DNA from: an uncultured Oscillospiraceae bacterium
GTDB taxonomy: Bacteria; Bacillota; Clostridia; Christensenellales; CAG-314
DNA length: 64,000 nucleotides
Assembly (NCBI GenBank): GCA_964483825.1
Contig: CAZADD010000001.1
Location: forward strand, 2,491-66,490
Reading direction: 5' to 3'
The notes under the pieces were generated by a model. It saw only the letters and a list, made by a program, of their open reading frames with translations, made no database searches and was not told where the DNA came from. Positions 36,805-47,052 of this stretch are shown one piece after another; the first letter of the stretch is position 1, and each line of letters starts with the position of its first letter. Both the position numbers and the translations under genes were made by a program.

Positions 36805-37684
36805 AAATCAAACGATAGTCGATGGAAAAAAAGTTAGCATCAAGAAAAAAACGTTGTACTCAGCCAAGCAAAAAGCAATTTTGTGGATAGTTTCTGCGTT
36901 GTTCATTATCTATTCTTTCACGTTGCTGTATCCGTTTGTGTACTTGCTTTTGGGCTCGTTCAAGGATCCGTGGGAGTTTATGCAAAATCCGTTGGGACTC
37001 CCGGAAACGTTAAATTGGGAAAACTACATTCAAGTTTTCCGGGATTTGAACATTGGCGAAATGTTTTTGAACACAATTACGTTGGCATTGGGTAACACGA
37101 TAGTATCCGTGTTGTTGTCGTGCATGGCGGCTTACGTTCTTGCCAAGTACGATTTCAAAGGCAACAAGTTTGTCTACATGACGGTGATAGTCACGTCGCT
37201 GATTCCAAACGTTGCGGCGTTGCCTGCCACTTATAAGCTGATGAATGCAACGCATCTGAACGGAACATATATAGGCATGATTTTGTTGCAATGCGGCGCG
37301 TTCGGCGGAACGTTTTTGTACTTGCACGCCTACTTCAAAGCCATTCCTTGGTCCTATGCGGAAAGCGCAATGGTGGACGGTGCAAGCAATACACGCATTT
37401 TCTTCAAAATAATGATGCCGCTTGCAAGGAAAGGCATCATGACTATTGCAATAATCAGGTTCCTTGGTTTTTGGAACGACTATTGGCTGCCCTCGTTGTT
37501 CTACGAAGATCATCCGACTCTTGCCGTCGGCATAGCACTACTTTCTGCAGAGGCGACAAGTACCAACGCGCACACGTTGCTGTTTGCCGCAATGATTGTT
37601 TCAATAATTCCCGTGTTGATATTCTTTGCAATCTTTCAAAAGCAACTGATGGGAAATACTATCGGCGGAGGACTAAAAGAGTAG
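36797..37684 (+). CDS. Carbohydrate ABC permease (MalG/UgpE type)
   Basis: YPFVYLLLGSFK, AAYVLAKYDFKG, IPWSYAESAMVDGA, FWNDY, GGLKE. GGAGG RBS. Confidence 0.92.
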   Translation: MTRNQTIVDGKKVSIKKKTLYSAKQKAILWIVSALFIIYSFTLLYPFVYLLLGSFKDPWEFMQNPLGLPETLNWENYIQVFRDLNIGEMFLNTITLALGNTIVSVLLSCMAAYVLAKYDFKGNKFVYMTVIVTSLIPNVAALPATYKLMNATHLNGTYIGMILLQCGAFGGTFLYLHAYFKAIPWSYAESAMVDGASNTRIFFKIMMPLARKGIMTIAIIRFLGFWNDYWLPSLFYEDHPTLAVGIALLSAEATSTNAHTLLFAAMIVSIIPVLIFFAIFQKQLMGNTIGGGLKE

Positions 37685-37687
37685 CTT

Positions 37688-38608
37688 ATGAAGAAAAAAT
37701 TTAAAGGTTTGACTCGAAAAAGCAGAAAACTGGTGTTTGTTTGGGGAATGTTGGCTCTGCCCTTGTTGCAGTGGTTGGTGTTCTTTGTCTATGTTAATAT
37801 CAACTCTGTAGTCATGTCTTTCCAAAGCGTCGACTACGAATCGGGGCAAATCGTTTGGACATTGGCCAACTACAAGCGTTTCTTTTCGGAGTTCGTTCAA
37901 CTGCCGCAAATGCGCAATGCTATTGTAAATTCGTTGTTGGCAGGCGTAAATGACTTGCTTTTGTTGCTTATATCGGTGATATTTGCATACTTGTTCTACA
38001 AAAAAGTGCCAGGAAGGCGTGCGTTTAGAATTATCTTTTTCTTGCCTTCCATCATATCCGTTGTTATCTACACAATGGTGTACAAGTATATGTTCGAAGA
38101 TAACGGCCCGATAAACGTCATTTTGAAAGCATTGGGCGTTGCGGAAGAAAACTTGCCGTTGTGGTTTGGCGATCAGAACATGTCTTTCCGGCTTATCATG
38201 ATCTACTGCTTGTGGGTGGGCACCGGCTACAACATTTTGTTGGTGGGCGGTGCGATAGAAAACTTGCCCGAAGAGGTGATGGAATATGCCCGAATCGACG
38301 GTGTCGGTTTCGTCAGAGAATTGTTCCAAATTGTTATCCCGATGATTTGGCCTACCATTTCAGTGGGAATTTTGGGATCTGTTACAACGGCATTCACGCT
38401 GTTTATTCAAGTAGAATTGTTGACGGGTGGCGGACCGGGACAGTCGTCACAGACAATAGCCTTTCTGATCAACGGCCTCATCAAGGGCGGAAATGCCAAC
38501 CTGGAGTGGGGCGCTTGTATGGGAATTTGCTTCACGGTTATTGCAACTCCCATTATTCTAATCGTCAAAAAACTTCTAGACAAAACATCCGAAAAATTCG
38601 GTGTTTAA
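37688..38608 (+). CDS. Carbohydrate ABC permease (MalF/UgpA type)
   Basis: FRIIFFLPSIIS, NLPEEVMEYARIDGV, IVIPMIWPT, LLTGGGP. Confidence 0.92.
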   Translation: MKKKFKGLTRKSRKLVFVWGMLALPLLQWLVFFVYVNINSVVMSFQSVDYESGQIVWTLANYKRFFSEFVQLPQMRNAIVNSLLAGVNDLLLLLISVIFAYLFYKKVPGRRAFRIIFFLPSIISVVIYTMVYKYMFEDNGPINVILKALGVAEENLPLWFGDQNMSFRLIMIYCLWVGTGYNILLVGGAIENLPEEVMEYARIDGVGFVRELFQIVIPMIWPTISVGILGSVTTAFTLFIQVELLTGGGPGQSSQTIAFLINGLIKGGNANLEWGACMGICFTVIATPIILIVKKLLDKTSEKFGV

Positions 38609-38637
38609 CACAAGTAAAGAACACTCAAGGAGCTACA

Positions 38638-40953
38638 ATGAAAAAAATAACAAAAACAATTGTCGTGTTTGTATTGGTTGCGTTGCTTTCGGTTTCGTTT
38701 TGCAACGTCAGTGCTTTTGCATCCACGCTTAAAACAACCACGTCGGACGATTTTGACAATTCTCAAAACGTTGGCAGTGTCGATACGGAAACGTGGACCG
38801 CATCTTCTTCCGCAATCAAAACGGAAGAGGTGCTTGAACCGACCTACGCTTTGAAGTTGGGTAGCGCAGGCGGCACAGAAGTTCAAGCGGCACTTGTAAG
38901 CAAAGAATTGCTCACAAATCTCAAAACTATCACTTTCGACATCAAGTGCAACACCAAGCAAAACTGGATAAACATCGCTTTCCCGAAGACCAGAGAAGTG
39001 TTGACCACGGATAATGACGGTAAGCCTACAAACGGGGAATTCAATCCGTACAGAATGCCGAGCGAAAGCGGTCGAAAATCTATCCGACCTCTTGGCGGAG
39101 TGTTCAAACAAAACGAATGGCAAAGCGTCAAAATCGAGGTTTTGACGGCAAACACTTGCTATATTTATATCACGGATAAGGGAAAGGAATTTCCTACCGA
39201 ACCCTTCACAAAAGATACCGGAGAACCGTATATGCTTGCAGATACGGATAGCTTCGAAAGTTGTTATTTCGAAATGGAACTTAACACTTCGGAAAACAGA
39301 GACACCGATCCGCACGTATTCGTGGATAACTTTAAGTTCGAGTCGAGCGACGGCACCGTTTGGGAAGAAAATTTTGAAAGTCAAACCATGGTTAACTTGG
39401 AATCTATCGGCGCAACCGTCACCCAAGAAGACGGTAGTACTGCAAGTTATACGCCGGATCACACAATCGAATTGGTTCAAGGTTCCAACAGACTGGCGTT
39501 CGACGCTGTACAAAAAGGCGACTTTTTGAAGTTAAACAAAAAAATTGAAAAGAACGACAAGTTTTTGAAATCGGAAGACGCTGTTTTGGATATTACTTTC
39601 GATATGTTTTTTGATGCCGATGCTGCGGAAAGCGATTCGTTAAGTTGTTTTTTCGCAATGGCTGACGATGCGGAAAATCCGCTCAATGGTTCTTGGTGCT
39701 ACACATTCACCAAAAACGGCGGTGCGGTGGAACACTACAACGCCGACGGAACGAAGGCGGAACTTACCCAAAACACTTGTTCGTTGGCCAATTTGGCAAG
39801 CGATAACGGTTCGCGAATTCAACTGAAACTGACGGCTGGCGGCACGTTGATTGTTTTTGAAAACAGCGAAGAAAAAATGCGTTTCGAAGGCATCGACGGT
39901 TACGAAGGGTTCTGCGGATTTGTTGCAACGGTCGACAATCAATCCAAAATTCAATTGGATAGCGTTGCCGTCAGCGAATACTGTTTTGAAAAGGTCAAAA
40001 CAAAGTCTGTTTCCACCAATTTCAGCAGCAATTATTTTGGGCCGGAAGGTAACGAAGATTTTGTCTACAATGCCGATTCCGGCACGATAGAAGTAAGCAA
40101 CAACGAGTTGGTGCTCAGCCGTTGCTCGGACAGCACGTATTTCGGTTCGGCCTACAAGTACGATAATTTCGTCGCCGAATTCAAAATGACAAGCATCTAC
40201 GGCGGTTGGAAGAAAGGCGATTCCGTTGCAGACAAAATGGCGGCAAACCGTTGGATAGGATTCGATTTCGGTAGAAAAACAGCAACACTCCGAAACTACG
40301 GAACCTACGGAACGCTTGCCGTGAGAGTTACGCATCCCACAAAAAACAACGATGATAACAAAGACCTTGTCAGCAACTGGAAGAGTTGCGAAACGTTCCT
40401 ATATAAGTCGGCCGGTGTCAGCGAATTGACCGGCGAAGTGGTTACAAGGGTGAATTCGATCCCGTCAAGTTATTTCCAAAACATCACTTACGACGGAACA
40501 AACACGCATCGGGACGATATTTCTGCCGACGCTGCAGTATGCTTCAAAATTGTCGGCGAAGGCAACAAAATTTCCCTTTATATGAAACGCGCCGATGAAG
40601 GCGACTACACTTTGTACGTCACGGTGGAAGGTGTCAAAGTATCCGGTTATCTTGCCATTGTGTGTACGGGCTACGCTTATTGCTCTTTCGACGATTTTTC
40701 CATTACAAACACTGCGGAAATCTACGATATCGCCGATACTCCCGTTCCTGATGAGGATTCCGGCGTTACGAAAACGGAAATCATCTACGACCGTGCAAAC
40801 AACGATGTTAATTGGCAAGAAGAACTTGATTTGAACAGTGGTGCCGCAAGCAGCGGAGCCGACATCGTCTGGATTGTCGTTGTGTCTGTTTTGGGTGCGG
40901 TTGCAGTTGCACTTGCAGTTTTGTTGTTCTTGTCCCAAAAGAAGCGCTCGTGA
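38638..40953 (+). CDS. Secreted beta-rich (lectin/ConA-like) surface protein with a C-terminal membrane anchor
   Basis: AAGGAG RBS. Sec signal ending SAFA. DDF..ENF-bounded beta domains. C-terminal IVWIVVVSVLGAVAVALAVLLFL-SQKKRS. 771 aa. Confidence 0.8.
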   Translation: MKKITKTIVVFVLVALLSVSFCNVSAFASTLKTTTSDDFDNSQNVGSVDTETWTASSSAIKTEEVLEPTYALKLGSAGGTEVQAALVSKELLTNLKTITFDIKCNTKQNWINIAFPKTREVLTTDNDGKPTNGEFNPYRMPSESGRKSIRPLGGVFKQNEWQSVKIEVLTANTCYIYITDKGKEFPTEPFTKDTGEPYMLADTDSFESCYFEMELNTSENRDTDPHVFVDNFKFESSDGTVWEENFESQTMVNLESIGATVTQEDGSTASYTPDHTIELVQGSNRLAFDAVQKGDFLKLNKKIEKNDKFLKSEDAVLDITFDMFFDADAAESDSLSCFFAMADDAENPLNGSWCYTFTKNGGAVEHYNADGTKAELTQNTCSLANLASDNGSRIQLKLTAGGTLIVFENSEEKMRFEGIDGYEGFCGFVATVDNQSKIQLDSVAVSEYCFEKVKTKSVSTNFSSNYFGPEGNEDFVYNADSGTIEVSNNELVLSRCSDSTYFGSAYKYDNFVAEFKMTSIYGGWKKGDSVADKMAANRWIGFDFGRKTATLRNYGTYGTLAVRVTHPTKNNDDNKDLVSNWKSCETFLYKSAGVSELTGEVVTRVNSIPSSYFQNITYDGTNTHRDDISADAAVCFKIVGEGNKISLYMKRADEGDYTLYVTVEGVKVSGYLAIVCTGYAYCSFDDFSITNTAEIYDIADTPVPDEDSGVTKTEIIYDRANNDVNWQEELDLNSGAASSGADIVWIVVVSVLGAVAVALAVLLFLSQKKRS

Positions 40954-40960
40954 GGTGAAC

Positions 40961-42433
40961 ATGAAAAAGAGAATTGTATCACTGTTGATTTTTGTGATTC
41001 TCTGCACTTCGCTTGTCGTGGGGTTGGTTGCATGCAGTGGCGAACAGGCTCCCGTATTCCAAGACAGCGGTACGGGTGTAACATTTTCCGCTTATGCGGC
41101 ACCAACCGTCGGAAGAAGCGTGGAAGGACTCACGGAAGAACACTACCAAAAACTTGCCGAAGCGGGCTTTAACAAGGCAATAGCTTTGTACGAAGGTGCT
41201 TCGGGGGCAGTGGGCACGGATATCTACGATACCATTGCCAAACGAAGCGAAAAAGCACAATCCGACGCACTCACAGTGTTGGATCTTGCCGAAAAGTACG
41301 GCATCAAGTACTACGTTCGTGATTGGTCATTCTATGGCTTGGGTAAAAACTTTACTGAAATAAAAACCAAAGAAGCTTTTGAAAAAGTTATTTCCAAAAT
41401 GTTCGACGAAAACAATTTGTATATCGATCACGCAGCCTACGGCGGCAACTTTGGTTTCGACGAACCCAATATTCAAGAAATGGAAACAATTGCTTGGCAA
41501 GCAGAGTTGTACAACAAGTATATCAGCCAAAACGCAGCGCACGGCGGAGAAATTTTTGTCAACCTATTGCCTGCGTATATAATGGACAACTCAACGGCAC
41601 TTTCGGAAAACAGCGACACAACTTACAGGCAATACGTCGACTACTATTTCGAAAACGTTATTTCTCACGTCGGTTACGTGTGTTGGGATTTCTATCCGTT
41701 GATGCAAGCAGCCAGCGGAGAAAATTATATCCGCGACATGTACTACTACAACTACGAAATGATGGCACAGCGTTGCAAAGGTACCGATTACCAAGTAAGA
41801 ACTTTCGTTCAGGCAAAAGGCGATTTCACCGGTACTCGCAATATAACGGGCGTAAGTGATTTCCGTTGGCAAATCTATTCCGGAATGGCTTTCGGGTGTA
41901 GAGAATTCGTTTACTACACCTATGGTTCGGATAACGGCACGTCTAACGCTACAAGTAGCGACGGTTACAGTTTGTACGATCACAACACGGGCGAGTACAC
42001 CTACGTTTACGAAGCGGCAAAAAAAGTCAACAACGAAGTGCACGCAATGCAATCAGCCTACGATGCCTACGATTGGGAAGGCGTTATGTTCCGTAACGCA
42101 AGCGAAATGGTGGATAACCAACTGTTTGCCAACTTGATGTATCCCATTTCAAAACACGACAGATTGAAAATTGTCGATTGCTCGCTAGATACTTTGGTTG
42201 GCGTTTTTAAGGCAAAAGATAAAAATCTTTCGGCGCAGGATGCGTTCATGATAGTCAATGCACACGAGCCAAGTGAAGACAAGGACGACGAAGTCACGGT
42301 TAAGTTTACAAATGCTACAAAACTTTTGATGTATCGTCTTGGTCAAAGAATAATTGTTCCTCTGAATGAAGATGGCACCTACACGTTCAAACTCTATCCG
42401 GGCGAAGGACGTTTCGTGATCCCTCTCAAATAA
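40961..42433 (+). CDS. Uncharacterised glycoside-hydrolase-like barrel lipoprotein (DEP paralog 1)
   Basis: Lipobox LVA-C. GNFGFDEP, FVNLLP, CWDFYP, RWQIYSGMAFGCREFVYY. Aligns with the genes at 47053 and 53460. Confidence 0.75.
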   Translation: MKKRIVSLLIFVILCTSLVVGLVACSGEQAPVFQDSGTGVTFSAYAAPTVGRSVEGLTEEHYQKLAEAGFNKAIALYEGASGAVGTDIYDTIAKRSEKAQSDALTVLDLAEKYGIKYYVRDWSFYGLGKNFTEIKTKEAFEKVISKMFDENNLYIDHAAYGGNFGFDEPNIQEMETIAWQAELYNKYISQNAAHGGEIFVNLLPAYIMDNSTALSENSDTTYRQYVDYYFENVISHVGYVCWDFYPLMQAASGENYIRDMYYYNYEMMAQRCKGTDYQVRTFVQAKGDFTGTRNITGVSDFRWQIYSGMAFGCREFVYYTYGSDNGTSNATSSDGYSLYDHNTGEYTYVYEAAKKVNNEVHAMQSAYDAYDWEGVMFRNASEMVDNQLFANLMYPISKHDRLKIVDCSLDTLVGVFKAKDKNLSAQDAFMIVNAHEPSEDKDDEVTVKFTNATKLLMYRLGQRIIVPLNEDGTYTFKLYPGEGRFVIPLK

Positions 42434-42451
42434 AAAAGGCGGTAAGAAAGT

Positions 42452-43894
42452 ATGAAAAAATTTGTTAAATATTTCAGTTTGGTACTGGTGCTTATGCTTG
42501 CGTTTGCATGCTGCGCAACTTTGGTTGCTTGTGGCCCCGGTTCCGAAGATGACGGCGATGACGGCGACGGACGTCGCATACTCAAAGTTGAAGTGTTGAA
42601 GGGCGGTATCGGAGAAGAACCCTATCGTGCGGTTGCGGAAGCTTTCATGAAAAAGCACCCCGACGTGTTGGTCAAACTCAATTTCAACGTTAACATCATC
42701 AGCACCACCGGTGCAAGATTGGAAAACGGAAACAACGTTGCGGACGTTTACAGCTACAGAAGTATCGAAGCCATCAAACGTTGGGATATCTCCGGTTGGG
42801 TAGAAAACATTGACGACGTTTACAGTTCAACTTTGTCTAGCGGAAAAACCGTGTCGGAATCCATGGAAGGCAATGCGGAAGCCGTTTGCACCTACAACGG
42901 CAAGCACGTGTGTATTCCGGAATACACCAACACCGAAGGTTTTGTGTATAACGCGACCTTGTTCAAAAAGTACGGCTGGCAAATTCCCACAACCACCAAG
43001 GAATTGGAAGATCTTTGCAAGCAAATTTTGAAAGACACAAACAACAAGGTCGCTCCGATAGTGTACTGCGGAAATGCCGCCGACGGATATTTGTACTACG
43101 GAGAATCCAACTGGAACTACCAATATTCCGGCATTTCCGATTTGGACAATTTCTACTCCTATTCCAGTGCGGAAGTGTTTGCTCCGGCAAATTCTCAGGG
43201 GAAAATTTTGGGACTTGAAGCGTTGAAAAAGTTTTTCTTCGGCAACAACGGTTACACGATGGCTCGCAGTGCCAACAAGGATCACTTCACGGCTCAAACC
43301 AATCTTATCAACGGCGAAGCGGCAATGATGCTTAACGGTTCTTGGTTCGAAACGGAAATGTCCGCCGTTCTCAAAAAAACCGACGTGGAATTGGGCATGT
43401 TCCCCGTTCCCCAATTGAGCGATGACGAAGGCAACGTTCTTCATTCCGACACCTACACCACAGTGGATAACAAGCGCGTTATTCAAGGCGAATACGCTTC
43501 CTACTGGTTTGTTCCTTCCATGGCAGCAAACAAGGACGACGCAAAAGAATTCCTCAAATTTATGAGTGACCCCGAAGTTTGCGAACTCTACACGGCGGCA
43601 TCCAACAATATTCGTCCGTTAAGTTACGACAAGGATCCGACTTCCGACGTTTACAAGGATATGAGCACGTTCGGAAAGAGTGTTTTGCAAATGAACATCG
43701 AAAACTACATCTATGCCCCCAACGTTACAAGTAACATTGCAATCAAAGGGCTCACGGGCTACTGGGCAAGAGGTTCTTGGCCGTTCTACAACGTGAGAGA
43801 CGGCATCGAAACTCCCGCACAGGTAATTCAAAAAGACTACGATTATGCAAAGCAGAACTGGAGTAAATGGCTGTCGCAGTCCGGTTCCAAATAA
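42452..43894 (+). CDS. Carbohydrate ABC solute-binding lipoprotein
   Basis: Lipobox LVA-C. AEAFMKKHPDV, GFVYNATLFKKYGWQIPTT, GEAAMMLNGSWFETEM, AKEFLKFM. Confidence 0.9.
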   Translation: MKKFVKYFSLVLVLMLAFACCATLVACGPGSEDDGDDGDGRRILKVEVLKGGIGEEPYRAVAEAFMKKHPDVLVKLNFNVNIISTTGARLENGNNVADVYSYRSIEAIKRWDISGWVENIDDVYSSTLSSGKTVSESMEGNAEAVCTYNGKHVCIPEYTNTEGFVYNATLFKKYGWQIPTTTKELEDLCKQILKDTNNKVAPIVYCGNAADGYLYYGESNWNYQYSGISDLDNFYSYSSAEVFAPANSQGKILGLEALKKFFFGNNGYTMARSANKDHFTAQTNLINGEAAMMLNGSWFETEMSAVLKKTDVELGMFPVPQLSDDEGNVLHSDTYTTVDNKRVIQGEYASYWFVPSMAANKDDAKEFLKFMSDPEVCELYTAASNNIRPLSYDKDPTSDVYKDMSTFGKSVLQMNIENYIYAPNVTSNIAIKGLTGYWARGSWPFYNVRDGIETPAQVIQKDYDYAKQNWSKWLSQSGSK

Positions 43895-43948
43895 GATGTC
43901 TTACGGCATTTACTGCCGCAAAAAAATAAAACAAAAAGGAGACAAAAC

Positions 43949-46900
43949 ATGAAAAAAGCAAAATTATTGTTGCTTGCAATGCTGATGGTTGTGTGCTTGG
44001 TACTGGCCGTCGCATGTGTTCCGCAACATACTCCGCTTGAAGACGCAACGCTTACCGTTGGCGAGAACGAGGTTGAACTTTATGTCAGTGACGGCAGAAA
44101 TGCTTCCTTCACTGCAACCGAAGCGGGCACCTACACGTTTTCGTTGAAAACGGCTAGCACAACGGTAACTTTCAAAAAAGTTATCGGCGAAACCTTGGAA
44201 GACGTAACGTTGCCCTACACGGTGCACGTTTCGGCCAACCAAAAGGTCACGTTCGCCATTGCTTCTACGGCAACGACGGAAAAAGATTCCGTCACTGTTG
44301 TGGTGACGAAAAATACCGTTGAAACCAAAGTGCTTGCGCTTGGTGACAATGAAATCGAATGGTTCGTTGACGAAAACAAGTTAGCAACTTTCACTGCAAC
44401 CGAAACTGCAGGCTACACGTTCTCGTTGAAAACGGCTAGCACAACTGCTGCAATCAAAAAGGTTGTCGGTACAACTCTCGAAGACGTAACTCTTCCCTAC
44501 ACCGTGCGCCTTGCCGCCAACGAAACAGTCACGTTGGCCCTCGGTTCCATTGCAACTACGGAAAAAGACTCTGTAACGTTGGTTGTCGAAAAAGCCGATC
44601 CGTTGCCGAACGTTGAACTTGTTCTCGGTAACAACCCTGTGGAATTTTATGTTGCCGACGGCAGAACGGTAACCTTCACTGCCACCGAAGCAAATCACTA
44701 CGACGTTTATTTTGCAACAGGTAGCAGCAAAACCGTAACCGTAAAAAGGGACGGCGAAGTTGTTGAAATTCCCTACGAAGTAACTCTTGCAGAAGGCGAA
44801 AAGTTGACGCTTGTCCTTTCTTCTTCCGCAACAAAGGAAATAGATTTCGTAACCGTGGTTGTCGCAAAATCTTCTCTTTTTGAAGACCTACCGCTTCTTA
44901 GCAGCTGCTACAATTTAGTGGAATTTTTCTCCGATGCGGGCAGAACCGTAAGCTTCACGCCGGATCAAGCCGCTCGTTACACGTTCTCGTTGCAGACCGA
45001 AAGTGCAACGGTAACCGTCAAAAAGGTTGTTTGCGAAACCCTCGAAGACGTAACTCTTCCCTACACCGTGCGTCTTGAAAAACAGGAACGCATCACGTTT
45101 GCACTCTCTTCTTCCGCAACTACGGAAAAAGATTCCGTAACGTTTGTTGTCAAAAAAGCCGATCCGTTGCCGAACGTTGAACTTGTTGTCGGCGAAAACC
45201 CCGTTGAATTTTACGTTGACGAAGGCAGAACGGTAGAGTTCTTCCCCGGAAAAGAAGGCCGATACAACATTTCTGTGAAAGGAACGAACGAAACGGTTGC
45301 TTTTTATGACGGAAGTCAACCTTTCACCTTGCCTTGGAACGGTTATCTCTATGACGATAACTTGGTTATTTTCGATTTGCAATCCGTTGCAACAACGGTA
45401 AAAGATTCTGTGACGTTCGTTGTTGAAGAAGATACAAACAACTACGTTGCATCCATCGACGTTCAAAACAAACTTTCCCCCGATAAGGGCGCAATGAGCT
45501 TCATCACAATGCAGCCGTATAGAAATATCACGGAAATTTCCTTCAAGGCAAAAACCTTTACGGATAATACCGAACGTTGGTGGGGCATTTCTTTGTCGGA
45601 AACCATTGATGATGCAGATATTTATACACGGGCACTTGGAACTCTTCCCGTAACCGGCGGCGAATGGGTAAAATTCACGTTCGCGTTTGCAGACGGTAAA
45701 TGCACAATCACGTCTTCAACGGGATATTCCGCTTCCAAAGACGTTGAAAACAAACTTTACTACGTCTATTTCATCGCAGCTAAAGGAGAAGACTTCGGCG
45801 GAAACATTTTGCTTGACGACTTCACGATTGTTGCCAACGGCAAAACCCACGTGGACGATTTCCAAAAAGGTTTCGAAAACGGTTTGTTCGAAGCCGATAC
45901 CACGTGGGTAGAAGGCGGGGCCCCCGTTAAGGAAGAAATTGTCAACGACATCGTCGTTAAGGAAGTTACGCACAACTACGTTGCTCACGTCAACACACGT
46001 CGTCACAACGAAAACGGCCAGAGCTTCATCACCAAGACAGCTTACACCGATATCACGGAAATTTCATTCAAAGCAAAAACTGCCGCAGATGCAACGTGGT
46101 GGGGCATTTCTTTGTCGGAAACCACGGATGCTGCAAGTATTTATGAGATGAAACTCGGCACTCTTTCTTCGACAAACGGTGCATGGGTTACCTTCACGTT
46201 TACGTTTGCGGACGGAAGTTGCACAATAACGTCTTCGGCAGGATATTCTGCTACCAAAGAGGTTGCAAACAAGGCGTACTACGTTTATTTCATTTCTTCA
46301 AAATGCGACTTCGACTACGTTGAACTCGATGACTTCGTGATCAAGACGGCTTCTAAAACCTACACGGAAAACTTTGATAACGCCATGGACCAATGGTTGT
46401 TCGATGTAGAAGTGGAAGACGATGCCACAACGTCACCCGTTACACGTGTTGTTGACGACGACATGGGTGCCAACGCAAATAACGTTGCATCCATCGATAT
46501 TCAAAATTTGATGCAATCCGATGCCGGAAAACAACAAAGCTTCATCACAAAATCCACCTATTCCAACATTACGGAAATTTCTTTCAAGGCAAAAACCGGA
46601 ACGGTTGCGTCTTGGTGGGGACTTACTCTTGCAGAAGACAAAAATACTGCTAATATATACAGTTGGAATCCGAACAAAATGTTGAGTACGACAAACGGAG
46701 AATGGGTAACGTTCACCTACACGTTTGCGGAAGGCAAATGTACAATCACATCTTCGGCAGGCCTCAATGAAATGTATGATGTAGCCGACAAAGCATATTA
46801 TCTGCTTATTGTTGGTTCCCGTGGGGAAACGTTTGACGGAGACGTTTTGATTGACGACTTCAAAATTGTGGCTGACGGACAAACCTACGAAGAAAACTTC

Positions 46901-46963
46901 GAAGGCAACATTGCCGATTGGCTGTTCGACGTTGACCAAGCCGTAACGAAAGTTGCCGCCTAA
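43949..46963 (+). CDS. Repetitive surface lipoprotein with five ~95-aa stalk repeats and three ~170-aa putative glycan-binding repeats
   Basis: Lipobox AVA-C. Repeat A: L..G.N.VE..V..GR...FT..E...Y.FSL..LPY.V..KDSVT.VV (x5). Repeat B: SFIT..Y..ITEISFKAKT..WWG..L.E..G.WV.FT..F..G.CTITSS.G..K.YY..DDF (x3). Confidence 0.85.
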   Translation: MKKAKLLLLAMLMVVCLVLAVACVPQHTPLEDATLTVGENEVELYVSDGRNASFTATEAGTYTFSLKTASTTVTFKKVIGETLEDVTLPYTVHVSANQKVTFAIASTATTEKDSVTVVVTKNTVETKVLALGDNEIEWFVDENKLATFTATETAGYTFSLKTASTTAAIKKVVGTTLEDVTLPYTVRLAANETVTLALGSIATTEKDSVTLVVEKADPLPNVELVLGNNPVEFYVADGRTVTFTATEANHYDVYFATGSSKTVTVKRDGEVVEIPYEVTLAEGEKLTLVLSSSATKEIDFVTVVVAKSSLFEDLPLLSSCYNLVEFFSDAGRTVSFTPDQAARYTFSLQTESATVTVKKVVCETLEDVTLPYTVRLEKQERITFALSSSATTEKDSVTFVVKKADPLPNVELVVGENPVEFYVDEGRTVEFFPGKEGRYNISVKGTNETVAFYDGSQPFTLPWNGYLYDDNLVIFDLQSVATTVKDSVTFVVEEDTNNYVASIDVQNKLSPDKGAMSFITMQPYRNITEISFKAKTFTDNTERWWGISLSETIDDADIYTRALGTLPVTGGEWVKFTFAFADGKCTITSSTGYSASKDVENKLYYVYFIAAKGEDFGGNILLDDFTIVANGKTHVDDFQKGFENGLFEADTTWVEGGAPVKEEIVNDIVVKEVTHNYVAHVNTRRHNENGQSFITKTAYTDITEISFKAKTAADATWWGISLSETTDAASIYEMKLGTLSSTNGAWVTFTFTFADGSCTITSSAGYSATKEVANKAYYVYFISSKCDFDYVELDDFVIKTASKTYTENFDNAMDQWLFDVEVEDDATTSPVTRVVDDDMGANANNVASIDIQNLMQSDAGKQQSFITKSTYSNITEISFKAKTGTVASWWGLTLAEDKNTANIYSWNPNKMLSTTNGEWVTFTYTFAEGKCTITSSAGLNEMYDVADKAYYLLIVGSRGETFDGDVLIDDFKIVADGQTYEENFEGNIADWLFDVDQAVTKVAA

Positions 46964-46997
46964 TCAACTAACGTTCTAAAAAACAAAATAATCTCAT

Positions 46998-47033
46998 TTT
47001 GGGGCTGTCGAGCCATGGCACGGCAGCCCCAAA
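46998..47033 (+). other. GC-rich intra-operon stem-loop without a U-tract
   Basis: TTTGGGGCTGTCG..CGGCAGCCCCAAA between co-oriented genes. Confidence 0.65.
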
Positions 47034-47052
47034 CTAAAATAAGAGGAACGAA

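Noticed and set aside
38161-38637. Long N-terminal extensions in the ORF track (also 2631, 6171, 13777, 17575, 40838, 59808, 61575)
   Set aside because: They overlap neighbouring genes or promoters; downstream starts have SD sequences, signal peptides or family-typical N-termini.
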